The notes below the pieces were generated by a model. That model did no database searches, was not told where the DNA came from, and saw only the letters and a program-made list of their open reading frames with translations. This document shows positions 12,244 to 24,466 of a DNA stretch of 64,000 nt, piece after piece. The DNA comes from Octopus bimaculoides (taxonomy: Eukaryota): NCBI RefSeq assembly GCF_001194135.2, contig NC_068984.1:120033879-120097878 (forward strand). Reading direction: 5' to 3'. Each line of letters begins with the position of its first letter. Within the stretch, counting starts at the first letter, position 1. The position numbers were made by a program, and so were the translations under genes.

Positions 12244-14369
12244 TTTTTTACACTACTTATGGTGTTACTTGTATTTTCCCTTTGTTATTGTAGTATCTGT
12301 GTCATGCTAACCCAGAATAAATAGTATGCTATTTCTTCTAAGGATCACCATTTTAAGGAGTTATTGAGGTATAACTAAATTGATTTTAATGGACATCATT
12401 TGATTGATTCTGTCAATATCTATGGAAGAAAAACCTAGAAATATCTAAAAAAAAAATCTCTAGGAACTCAAATCTAATGTTGATTTAATCAGACTGTTGA
12501 AAAGTTATTGAACTACATGAATATTTTATTGGTTTTATGCTACTCCTACATAGTGGAAGCACTGAATGTTTAGCCAAAAGTATTGATTAGTCGTGTCTTT
12601 TGAGACATTGATCAATATTGCTTGCTGGTTTGATTAGGAAACATAAATGAGTGGTGAAAGTTTTGGCATTTTTTATTTATTGGTTTTTATCATTTTTATA
12701 AACAAGAGGAAAGAGTAATGTTGAAAACCATGGGAAATGGTAAACTAAACATGAAAATTTATGTATGGGAATCAAGAAGAGTAATATTATTTATCTATTA
12801 AACCAATCATTGTTCCATAGCAATATCAAATGATATGTTAGCATTGCTAAGAAACTAACTAAATACAGTCAACATAAAGTTGATTTCAAATACCGGAAAG
12901 GCAAATTAGTTATGATGGCTTCAGCATTGCATGAAAGTTCAGCAGTCAAGACCTAGAGTATTTTATCTTTATTGAATTATTTAAAAAGAGGGAAGAAAAA
13001 AATCTGAAATATAAATGGAAAAATCAATCATTTGGTATTTAGGAGAAAACATGTATTCTTAGGATTTATTCAATAATGAAACAATTGGTCGTCTGCATTG
13101 AAACTCAAGCTGTAGCTTTAATATGATTAACAGTATAATAAGCTTCGTTGTTCAGAGAGGAGATTTTCAATGTGAAATTCTCTTTAAAATGTTAAGAGGA
13201 AGATAATTCAATTAATTTTGATAAATTATTCTCGGGCATGAAAATTCCTTTAAATAATTTTTCTATTTTTCCTCTCCACTATTAAATAGCTGTATACAAA
13301 CATATCTAAATTAGTTAACTAATCATTTATATTGTCAAAATTCCCATGTTAAGTAACAAACCATAAAAGAAAAGCTTAAATATTTACATTCCCATTTATG
13401 GCATCACCCACTCAACTTGCTCTGTCTTCTCATTTGTGCAAAACATCAAAAGTTTATCAGATCAACAGGGCAAGCTCTACAAATATTACATAATCATTAA
13501 GACTTCAGACAATGAGCTCATTGCATAACATGGAAATGTCACAATGCAGTAATCATTACATACAAATAAAGAAGGTGAGTATATCTGATATATACATAAC
13601 AAAGTAGTGCAAGTCTTTGTGCTCTAAGCAGTGAGGTTAGTGAAAATTTTCACTTGTTTATTTAAAAGTTGTCTGTTCATGAATAATTTTTGAATGCAGA
13701 ATTAAGTTTAATCTAAAGTTAGCACTCATCAAAAGGTCACTAAGAATAGAGCTATGTCCTTTATTTACTGGCAAAACATGTCATAGAATGGATAACCTAT
13801 TTGAATAACTTTGATTTTGTGGTATGAAAAAATTCTTTAATATTGAACACATTGTTGATTATCTAAAAAAAAAAAAAAAATTAATCGATTTTTGGGAGCA
13901 ATTTTCAAAGCTAGGTATAGACTATGTAAGCGGGCTATGATATCTCTGTATTATAGCAAAACTTAAATGAATGGAATTGACATTAAACATTTTCAGCACA
14001 GTTGCAAATTTGTAAAACTAAAAGTTAAAAAATAAAAAATAAACTAAAAAAAAAGATTATTTCTTTTTTTTATAAAGATAACTAATTCTACCTTCCATGC
14101 TATGATACAGAATATCAAACATCAAAGATGAGTGTTGAACCTTTAAGTAATAATCTGCATAGATGTTTGAACCAGAGGCAGTCATATTTGAAAGATCTGA
14201 CTGTAGAATGTCCCTGCAATGCGTTGATATCTCATATAAAATCACATTAAACTAAGTTCAAATCAAGAGAAAACTTTGATGACCAACCAATAATTTTCTA
14301 TGTTAAAACAAAAATGATAATCTTCAAATGAACAATTTGACAAATGTTTGCTCTTATATATATAGATAC

Positions 14370-14417
<48 letters not shown>

Positions 14418-14539
14418 GTATCTATCTATCTATCTATCTATAAATGTAGAGAAAGCATTGCTATTATAGTTTTACTATATTAATACATGAAATACAAGAA
14501 ATGTATACAAAAAATGTATGTCTGCATACAAAAAGGGCC

Positions 14540-15700
14540 AACTTACACAGAATACAAATAAAATAGGAGATTAAAGGGGTTGAAGAAAAGTATTACAAAC
14601 CAACAGCTGTTTCTAGGGGCTCGGCAGTCCACAATAATGTTTGTAGATTGATTCCATCATAGGATGAGATGCGCTACCATCTTTAGGGAAGAGATCTTAC
14701 ATTTGAGGTGTTAAAGGAAAGAAGTTCAAAGGTGGAATGATTTTGTGGAGCTCTAAATGTAGAGAAGGGAGTTGGGGATGTGTTCAGATAGGGAATAGTG
14801 AGAGGAGAAAATAAATATCAAGAGTGAGGGGTTAATAGTAGGGAGTTATAGTAGTAGAGGTGGAAAGTAGGAGGAAGAGGTGGGTGTTGTAGGTAATATG
14901 TGAATGGTAGTTTATTGTGTTAGTTTGTATGAATGGTATAGAATTAATGGTTGAGATAGTGAGAAAGAGAATGGCCATTATTTGAGGGAAATAAGTTGGC
15001 TGGTTCAGTGGCTGAGGGAGATTACTAAGGTATGTAGAGAGGTATGAGGGAAGATAGAGGGGGTAGATAGGGTGGGGGTGAGTTGGTAGTCAATATAGCA
15101 GTGGTTAGTGGTACAAAGGAATTGGGTTTGTGTTAGAAGGGGAGTGCAATGGTATGCAGAGGTGTATGAAATTGAATAGGGAGGGGATAGAGGTTGACAG
15201 GTTAGTATCCAAAGGAGTGGGGTAGTATTAAGTACTTTTGGTAAGGCGGAGAAATAAGTGGCTACTTAAGAGGGTGGGGAAGCTGTGAGGGAAGTGGGAA
15301 GTAATAGTTTAAAAGAATTTGGAAAGGTAGTTATGAAAAAGATTAATAAGTGGTGGTTTTTGTTGAGGTAATAGGTTGCTAGGTTGTCTTAGTTCAAGGT
15401 AATTTTGAATATGGATATTTATAATTATGGGATTACATAGATTTAATAAAATGTGCAAATGATGAGGTGTACCTATGTTTACAAGACAAAATTACATCTG
15501 AGAATCAGTTAAGTAATGAGGAGTTGTGGAGGCAAAGAATGGTTAATGATTCTCTTAAACATAATTTACAAATCCAATGTTTGCATTGTATGGGAGAGCT
15601 TCACTTGCTATGGACCAGGATAGGGTATTTGGAATATTTTGAGATTTAAGTTTGTTTATGTAAGTTGCAAAGGATGTTGATAATTTAAAAGAGAAAGAGA
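14540..15700 (-). mobile_element. Penelope-like element 3' remnant (GIY-YIG C-terminus plus pyrimidine-rich 3' region)
   Basis: 15400-15700 minus translates LATYINKLKSQNIPNTLSWSIASEALPY...ICKLCLRESLTIL...LLN*FSDVILSCKHR, the PLE endonuclease C-terminal pattern; GAAACAGCTGTTGG half-hammerhead at 14600-14613. Confidence 0.7.
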
Positions 15701-16809
15701 AAGAGTTCATGCATGCATGGTAGTGGCAAAAGAGTTCATGTGTGCATGGTGGTGACGCTTGAAATCAACTCTACTGCTGACATATACTTATTTTTTGCCC
15801 AAACAGCTGCAGTGCATCTACAAGTAACTCATTAAAATTTTTAGTGTGGGGGATGTAAAAGGACATGCCTAAAAGGATGATTTCAGTTGTCTTCCAAGCT
15901 GTTTGTGATGGATCAGGAGTAAAGTACATAGCTGCTAAGGGTAAATAGCATAAAACTGCTGACATGAAGTACCGGTCCAGTTATCTCTAGTAGATTAGGA
16001 GTACGACCCTTATGTATGAAAATTACGGATTAATTTATCAGCATTTTGACTCAGAAAACCAAGAAATTTGCCTTCATAACAGAAATTGTATTGTATTGTT
16101 CTTTAATCTTTGTATAAAATTACCCAGCTTCCTTAATTATGAATTATTTGAAGAGGGCCAATACATGTATAGCCTTAACCATCACCCAGTTTAACACCAT
16201 CACCTCGCGCTTGGTTACCTGTAACAGAGTTTGCTCTGTTGCAAGCATTTTCTCTATCCCTCATTCCCACCAGTCTTGGAGGCTCTGTATGGGGTTATAG
16301 GCACTGCTTTTCTTTCCTATGAGATAAAATTATGATGAATTACCCAGAATGCTACCTGTCTTGGAATCTGCAGTTCTTCACAATATTTATTTAAAAAAGA
16401 AGAAACAGCTCTCAATTCTTCAATATACATATATATATAGTAACATGACGACAGTGAGATCTTTAATTTCTTTATATAAGATGCAGAAATGACAAGAGAA
16501 ACAAAATGAGATATATTAGATATTGACCAATTCCATATTCTCATTTATCAATTCCACTGAGAGACATGATCATGTTCATTTATTTTTTTATGTAGACTCA
16601 TCTGCTAATATTCATTACATGGTGATATATTGCACTTTGATTTACGATACAGAAAGACTGGTGATATTTATTGTATTTTTAGATTTAAAATGATATGACA
16701 CTAATGGTATTAGGCTTTTATTTTAATTAGATAACATGTGCACATGTGCATGTCTATATATGTGTGTGTGTATATATATGTATGTGTGTGTGTGTGTCTA
16801 TATATGATG

Positions 16810-17185
16810 ATGAATTCCAATATTTAAAATCTTGGTTTGTCCTTGTTAATGGGGGTGGCTGGATCTTCCTCATTCTTACAGCAACCAGTCTCACACCATC
16901 TTGCCGTCTTACTCGTTTTGGGCATCCTCCCTCCAAGCCAACCCTCCCAATCTCCTCCTCCATCTGTTTCCTCCACGTTTTCTTTGGTCAGCCTCACTTT
17001 TGTGATTCATTCGCTTTAAGCTCAAGCACTCTCCTCAGAATATGATCCTCATCCCTCCTCAACACATGCCCATACCACTGCACTCCATTCCCCCTTGCCA
17101 GCCATTCCACCAATTCCTCCAACCCCAGCATCCCCATCAAGTCCTCAGCCCTCCTTTTATCCAACAGTTTCACACCACACATTTG
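16810..17185 (-). mobile_element. RTE LINE 3' fragment (RT C-terminus)
   Basis: MCGVKLLDKRRAEDLMGMLGLEELVEWLARGNGVQWYGHVLRRDEDHILRRVL, typical RTE post-RT region. Confidence 0.85.
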
Positions 17186-17189
17186 GTCT

Positions 17190-18775
17190 CAGGGAGTAGT
17201 GCCCCTGCCTTCCTGAGCTAGTTTTCCACCACATTTCTTAAAAATCATGGTAGAAGCCTTGGTTTGGAGCCACTCATGTCTAGAAACTGAGGCTGGAGGT
17301 AAGCAAGGGTATGCTCCCCATAGAAAATTCAGCTCTGAAAAAGCCTTATGACAATAGCAAAGAAGCATGGGCACCAACCAGACCAAAGATTGGGGTGGGC
17401 TGTACCTGTCTACCTCAAAAAAGAAGATGCAAACCCTTATCCTGGGTCATGCAAGCATGACTTGCCTTATGATGGCTGACGGCCTGGGGAGAAGCTGGGA
17501 GTGAGGCTGGAAAGTTGGAATGTGGGTAGTCTGCGTGGAAGGGGAACTTAGGTGTGTGAGGAATTGAGGAGGAGGAGTGTGGATATGTGCTGTGTGCAGG
17601 AGGCTAGGTGGAGGAGTCAGGGTGCAAGATTTGTCGGGGGGTCAAGGGAAGCAGGTACAAGTTGTGGTAGTCAAGAAATGGCAAGGGGACTGAAGGTGTG
17701 GAAGTTTTGGTGAAGGAAGAAATCTGTAAAAATGTAGTAGAGGTCAGGAGAAAGAGAGACAGAGTGATGACAGTTGTGTTAGCATTTGAGGAAGACATGG
17801 TGAAGGTGATTTGTAGGTATGGTTCACAAAGTGGAAGAGGGATCGTTGAGAAAGAGCGGTTCTTTGATGAAATGGTGAGTGAGTGAGACTTACATAAGAT
17901 AGATGAATTAGTTCTGGGCATGGGTGATTTTAATGGACATATTGGGAAATGGATCCAGAGCTTTGAGGGTGTGCATGGGGGAAATGGAATTGGGGAAAGA
18001 AATAAGGAAGGAAGGATGCTGTTGGAGTTTTGTGATGAGAAAAAGTTGTGTGTGACGAACACATGGTTTAGGAAAACAGAGAAAAGGAAAGTGACTTTCA
18101 GTGCAGGAGGGAATGAAACAGAGATTGAGTTTGTGTCAGTTGGTATGGAAAACAGAAAGTATCTGAGAGGTGTGAAGACAATACCAGGAGAGTTGCAGCA
18201 CAGGCTGGTGGTTGCTGACTCGGATAAGAGGAAAGTTAAAAACTGTGTGAGAAAGGGAACGGTTGAGAGGAGAAAGGTGTGGAAACTGAGGGAAGAAAAA
18301 ACAAGAGCAAGGTTTGAGGTGAGATTTGGGGAGTTGGTAAGCATTGATGCACCGGATTTGTGGAACTTTTAAGGAATGGGTACTAAAGACATGTGATGAA
18401 GTGTGTGGATGGACAAAAGGTAGGAGAGATAGAGGAGATATGTGGTGGGGGAACAAGGAGGTGAGGGATGCAATAGCAAGGAAGAAGGAGGCACACAAAA
18501 CTTTATGTAATAATAGGACTGAGTAAATGATAGCCAGGTATACTAACATGAAGAGTTGTGCAAAGAGGGTGGCTGCAAGATCTATGAGGAAGGAGGCTGA
18601 GGAGGAGTTGAGTGGGCTGGATGAGAACCCAGATAGAGTGTTTAGATTTATGAAATCATGGAAAAAAATGGAAGAGATGTTGAAGGAGGAGGATGTATGA
18701 GGGGGAGTGATAGGAGGTTGAATTTTAGTAAGAAGGACAGGAGAAGAATTTGGAAAGAGCATATGGAGATTTTTA
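17190..18775 (+). mobile_element. RTE LINE 5' part (putative 5' UTR plus APE endonuclease domain), degenerate
   Basis: WNVGSLRG...DMCCVQEARW, GDFNGHIG, GERNKEGRMLLEFCD, QHRLVVAD motifs of APE; several stops and frameshifts. Confidence 0.9.
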
Positions 18776-20109
18776 AATGCATAAAATTGACTCTGCTAAA
18801 GGTGACCAAGATCCATCTGGTGGTGTTAAGTAAGGTTATGAATAACTTTAACACACATGGAGGTTTGGGTGGAATTTCAACACAGGACTCAATGTATTGG
18901 AATAAATACTGCAACCACCCTGCCTAACGTTCTGATGACTTTGATACTCATCCATTCCATTAAAATTATGCTCGTCTTCAAGATGAGGTTTGAGTGTTAG
19001 GCTAGCAACTAATCCCTGTAATAAAATATAATAGTGATGAAAGCAATGATAATCATGACTATGTAATTGGTGATGCTGCAAGTGGTGTTTCTAGTAATAA
19101 TGATGATGATGAGGAGGAGGAGGAGGAGGATATATAACTTCACCTCTCACACTCTAGTGAACTTACCCACCTATTCTTCCCAACCTTCTGTTCCTACTTT
19201 TTCTTCTATTCACCTTCTTGCACCTTGGGGATATTCCCTGACAGTTTGTCACCGCCTTCTTTGTCTCTCCAGCTACTCTCACTCACCCTTATATAATGTG
19301 GGGTAACCATGTACTTCTTCTATAGCTTGACACCTGTTCCTGTCCCTCTATCATAGTTTAGCTTCTCGACACTTGGCATTAAGCTACCCTTCCTTCCACT
19401 TTACTACATCCTAACTCAGTTGAGAGGGCATTTTGTTGTCTTGCAGGTTACTTGGTGACCTCACTAATGCTGGTGTCCCATAAAATGCACCCAGTGCATT
19501 CTGTAAAGTAGTTGGTATTAGAAAAAGTACCCAGCCATAGAAACCATGCCAACATACTTTTCCAATTTGCCAGATTCTGTCAAACTGTCCAGTCCATTCC
19601 ACATGGAATACAGATGTTAAATGATGCTGATGATGACAACAACGATGATAATCTGTGTTAGGAACTTGTAGATTCCATTCCATTTCAGCTCAAACCTTCC
19701 ATTTGCATCTAACTTTCTATCACTTATAATCTGTCTTATATATATTTTGTACATCTGCTAGAAGTTTAGTTTCCTATAATTTTGATAAAGCAGCTTATGA
19801 TGAGGCTACATTCGGCTTAACATAAACATGTCATGGCTTGTCTCCAATGCTTGCTGGAAAAATGAACAAAATAGAAGAAAAATCATATTAGTCATCACCA
19901 TCTGTTTTTTTTCTCAACAGGATAGTCCCACTGCATTGCCTACAATGTGCTGGGTATCAGAGGAGCCAGTAAGTAGTAGGCCATCTAATTACTTATGCTG
20001 GTAACAAAGTTTGCTTCAAAGTGGCTGTAGACGAAGAGGTCAGGGTGTGTGACTCCTAGCAGGGGTAGCCTGTAAGAAACTAATTGCATGCATACATACA
20101 TGTTTGTGT

Positions 20110-20300
20110 ATATATATATAAAATTATCAGTAATAAAGAGTATGGAGACTTGGACATCCACAAAATTTATATATTTATATAACCATATAATGACCTACAT
20201 GTGTTTCTGCTGCAGTGACTACTCACTGTTGCAAATGCAACCTTGCAATATTGTTAGTGTAGCTTCATCAGGGTCCATCCATTCAGTGAAGAGTACATGG
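20110..20300 (-). mobile_element. Solo or truncated Penelope pLTR-like fragment
   Basis: Homologous to the 3' region of the PLE at 57990-58200 (tggaga...catcc(a/c)aaa...aatgacc.acat.tgtttc...tcatca.gggtccatc); abuts (TA)n. Confidence 0.65.
20192..20275 (-). ncRNA. Minimal type I hammerhead ribozyme
   Basis: Minus strand GACC-CTGATGA-A-GCT...AGC-A-GAAA-CACATG-TA-GGTC: intact CUGAUGA and GAAA core, helix I GACC/GGTC, GUA cleavage triplet. Confidence 0.75.
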
Positions 20301-20660
20301 AATGATCCATTGGAAGAATTCATGGAATGGCTAACAACAAATTGTAGTCACAAACATTAAATACTGATCGTTGTGGTTAGCCTTTAACTGAGAGATAACA
20401 TGACATCTGCACAGATGTTATATCCCTCTAAACTCATATATATATATATATATATATATGCATATATGGGTACAAGACGTCACCAACTGTGTAAACAATA
20501 TGAAGTGCAAAAACAACCGAGTTAAATATGCAAACAATGAGAGATAAAAATGGAAATATATATATATATCAACTTTAAATAGAGCTCAAAATTGATCCGT
20601 TGAAAATACTTTATTACAACAACAATAGCAATAATAATTGGTTAAAAAAAATATATATTT

Positions 20661-20696
<36 letters not shown>

Positions 20697-20829
20697 TGAA
20701 AAACAGTATTGAGTTTGGTGACGTGATTCTTGACACAAATTTGACAATACTCAAAACAGAGGCATGTGATAACTCCACTCCAGTTTAAAAAGAATCTCCC
20801 AGTCCAAACACAAAAAACAAAAAAACAAA

Positions 20830-21420
20830 AGAGGAAGGTGTGGCCATTGATGACAATCAGAAGTTCTTTGTTAACATGAGTGACTCAGCGACACATCGCA
20901 GTTTCTTTGATCTACTCAATGAACATCAGAAGAAATGTTAGTAAAAGCTCCTCAGTCTGTCTTGGAGAAAAAACCCTCACTTAAGATAAAAGTCTTTACA
21001 GGTTCAAATACCTCTGAAGTATATTTGAATTGGTCTTAAGTTTATGTTTCTTTCTATGACTAATGTGTTCCAGCCTGGCAGCCAATGTGCACTATCAGTC
21101 AATAATATTGACTGATTAATGACATAGGGAGCAGATCTTTCTGGTGAGCTCAGAGTGACCTCTCTTGGTATCTGGAGCTGAAGAGAAGTAACAAGTTCAA
21201 AATGCATCCATCAGCAGGCTGGATGTGATTAATGAAGATCTCTAGAGGCTTGACGTTATCTTGGAGGATGCAGAGGGGCTGGTACAGGACCGCCAGCATT
21301 GGGGAGCACTGATGGACCTGGTCAGCTCTGTGTATGATAACACCTCTGGGACCACTAACCTGGGATGACCCCAGCCCCATCAGGCAAGAGCATAAAACAA
21401 GCAAGTCCAATAGAGGGCGT
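20830..21420 (+). mobile_element. Degenerate RTE-like LINE 3' fragment
   Basis: Translates in parts LLNEHQKKC**KLLSLSW and RLDVINEDL*RLDVILEDAEGLVQDRQHWGAL, resembling RTE C-termini. Confidence 0.55.
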
Positions 21421-22300
21421 TCTGAGCTGGCTATGTTACTTTAATACTTTTCTGTCTTAGGTGAGAAATCTTTCTTCATAACAAACTGCAGTGAAATAAC
21501 TCCCAAATATATTTGAAATGGTTTTAAGCAAGTATTTATTTAATTATTACATAATTAATTACTGAAATTTTAGCTGGATGAGTAGCAGCTAAGTTGAGAT
21601 AAAAGCGAAAGAGACGGGGAGTCTGTTGGTGGTGCTTAAGTGAGATACCAACTTGCCTGAGACTGCCCCTGGTTCCTTGATACAAATCTCCTGTTTTGAA
21701 GCTAAACTTCCCATCAAGTTCCATGTTAATTTATATTCCAAGCACCAGTTTAATAATAAGAAAATTATTTTTATCAAGTTTTCATTGTTTTCAGAATTTA
21801 TTGCAACAAAAGCAGCAGCATTCGGTCGTGCTGTTTGTGTGGATTCCTCTGATTTTCAGTCACTGTCCAATTCTATTACAAATTTGAATTAGTAGCTTGA
21901 GTCGTTACAACTGTTTCATTACACAACCATGAATGCTTTCTCTATGGATGTGTTGCAGTTACTCTCTGGAAAGAGCTTGGTAATCATGGCCACTGATCTT
22001 GTAGGAGTCTGCTGATCAGCATCGGTGTAAGAAACGTCATTGGTTCAGTTGAGCTCTTCTGCTGCCTCTTTACATGCTGTAGTCCCACGACTACAATCTA
22101 CCTCTACAATCCATGTGTATCTTTGTGAGTTCATGTGTTGTGTGTGTGCCTATTTGTGTCACCTTGTCTTGGCATCATGCTTGTAAACAGTGAAAACATG
22201 TCTGACCATCGAAAATTTACCTCAACAAATTCTGTTTGACCCTTGCAAGTATTGAAAAGTGGATGCTAAAATGGTGATAATGTTGATGATGGTACATATA

Positions 22301-22336
<36 letters not shown>

Positions 22337-23689
22337 ATTATATATATAATTAATTATGTAATAATTAAATATATATATATGTGATAAGCTTATAGGTTTC
22401 TTATAGAATCCAACACCTACTTTCATTAACTAAAATTTTTTTACACCAAATATCTTCAAAGCTCACTCAAAAATGTTTATATGAAATTTAATAAAGAAAA
22501 TATTATTTGTATATATTCATGAAACAAACAGCTTGTAATTGAACACATTCTAGAAAAGTCAAAATTGTATTGGCATGCGGTTATGAATTTAATAGCAACT
22601 GCTAAAAAAATTATATTACTAAAATTAAAATATAAAGTAAAAGTGATATAAAATATTTTTCTCAGGTTTTCAAAATTTTAATGAAACTTAAGAAACATGA
22701 TATATATTGATAATTCAAGAAATAATTAATTGCAACAGAATTAGACTTATCCATCAAACGGCTGGTTTAATGTGTGACAGCTATGATATAATCAATAATC
22801 ACTTCACATCAGCTCCAAAATCTTTATTGATTATGAATAGTTTTAATCAATACTATACTGAATTGATAGAGAAAGACAAGAATTTATAACAAGAGGTAAA
22901 GTCTCACTCACCTTTGTTTGTTAATTGCTTAAAGAGAAATGATAATCAAATATTTTGTCTGTTTTTTTAAAGTTTTTTGCTTTTGATCTTTTTTTTTCTC
23001 ACAATTCTGAATTCTGTTCATAATATAGAACAGCTTGTGACATCTGCTTCTTACAATAGACTGGACTGGAGAAAGTTTGCACTCTTTCTTTGAGCTTTAT
23101 GAATGTCTTGTCTGCTTTATTCAGAATATTTATCTCCACAACGTTTTGTTATTGAAATTAAAGGAATCTTTTGTTTTGAGTAAAATTCTCCTTTAAACTT
23201 CACACTTGCATAAGATGATGTTGTAATTGTTTCCATTCTCTTGACAACCAACAAGGACATTTCTCCATCTTGAGAGCAATCATTGCTTAGAATTAGGTTT
23301 CAATTTTGAATTAATATTTATAGACTATTAATCTTCTCTTTGTGTTATTCTTAAATTGTTTTCCGGTACTCCAGTCCAATACACACACACACATGTGCGC
23401 GCACGCATGTACGCACACACACACACACACACACATCTCAGTCTTTAATCTTTCTTTTACTTGTTTCAGTCATTGGACTGTAAACATGTTGGGGTGTCGT
23501 CTTAATGGATTTTAGTCGAACAAATCAACCCTAGTACGTACGTGTTCTTTTATAAGTCTGATACTTATCCTATTGGTCCCTTTTGCTGAACTGCAAAGTC
23601 ATGGGGACATAAACAAACCAATATCTGTGAAACAGTGGGTGTGGTGACAAACACAGACATAACGATGCACCCATGTGGACATATAGATA

Positions 23690-24466
23690 TAGTAGGGTCA
23701 GTTGAGCACCATTTGTGAGAAAAACAGCACTATGACACAATTCACTCTGCCAGAAATTTCGGAACGACTTGCTGTAGTGCTTGGCATTCACACCAGAAAC
23801 TCCAATAAGAACATTTCATAGTGTTTGGGTGCCAGTCTGACGACAGTGCATGTATCATGAATGATAAAAATCAAACATCCAGTCAACATTATGATGTTTG
23901 GAGTGATCACTAGTGATGGTGACATTATGCCTCCATTCATCATCCCACATGGCTTCAGACTCAACATGGAGGCCTACATCAAGTGCCTGGAGGAGGTGGT
24001 GCTGCCCTTGGTCAAGAGGATGGCTGCTGGAAGACCCTATGTCTGGCAACAGGACTCTGCACCATGCCACGCAAACAGACGAACCCAGTCATGGCTGTCA
24101 AAACAATTTCTACCACCACATCACCCCTAACATTGGCCACCTAACTCCCCAGACTGCAACCTCCTTGATTATTATGTGTGAAGCACAGTTGAGCAAGAGA
24201 CCAACGAAACTCCTTGAAGTGAAGGCAAGGATTATGGTAGCATTCATCAACTTAAACAAGGAAACCATCCAGAAGAGTTGCCGGAGATTCCAAAGTCGTC
24301 TAGAGGCTATGGTTGAAGCCAAAGACAATTTTATTGAATAAATTTACTCTTTAGCATTTCAAGATATTTTTATGTAATTTTGGTAAATATATCTGTTAAA
24401 ATGAGATGTCTGTGTTATTTTCATTTTTGCATAATCTAGACACCAATATATTCACTGCACCCTCTA
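23690..24466 (+). mobile_element. Tc1/mariner remnant, maT (DD37D-like) transposase C-terminal half
   Basis: HPVNIMMFGVITSDG...YVWQQDSAPCH...PNSPDCNLLDYYV...RLEAMVEAKDNFIE; right end ...ctgcaccctcta resembles a TIR plus TA. Confidence 0.85.

Noticed and set aside
15771-15965. 64-aa minus ORF MSAVLCYLPLAAMYFTPDP...
   Set aside because: No recognisable family, no splice context and within chance length
17604-18762. Long minus-strand ORFs of 246 and 208 aa
   Set aside because: Antisense shadows of the purine-rich RTE coding strand
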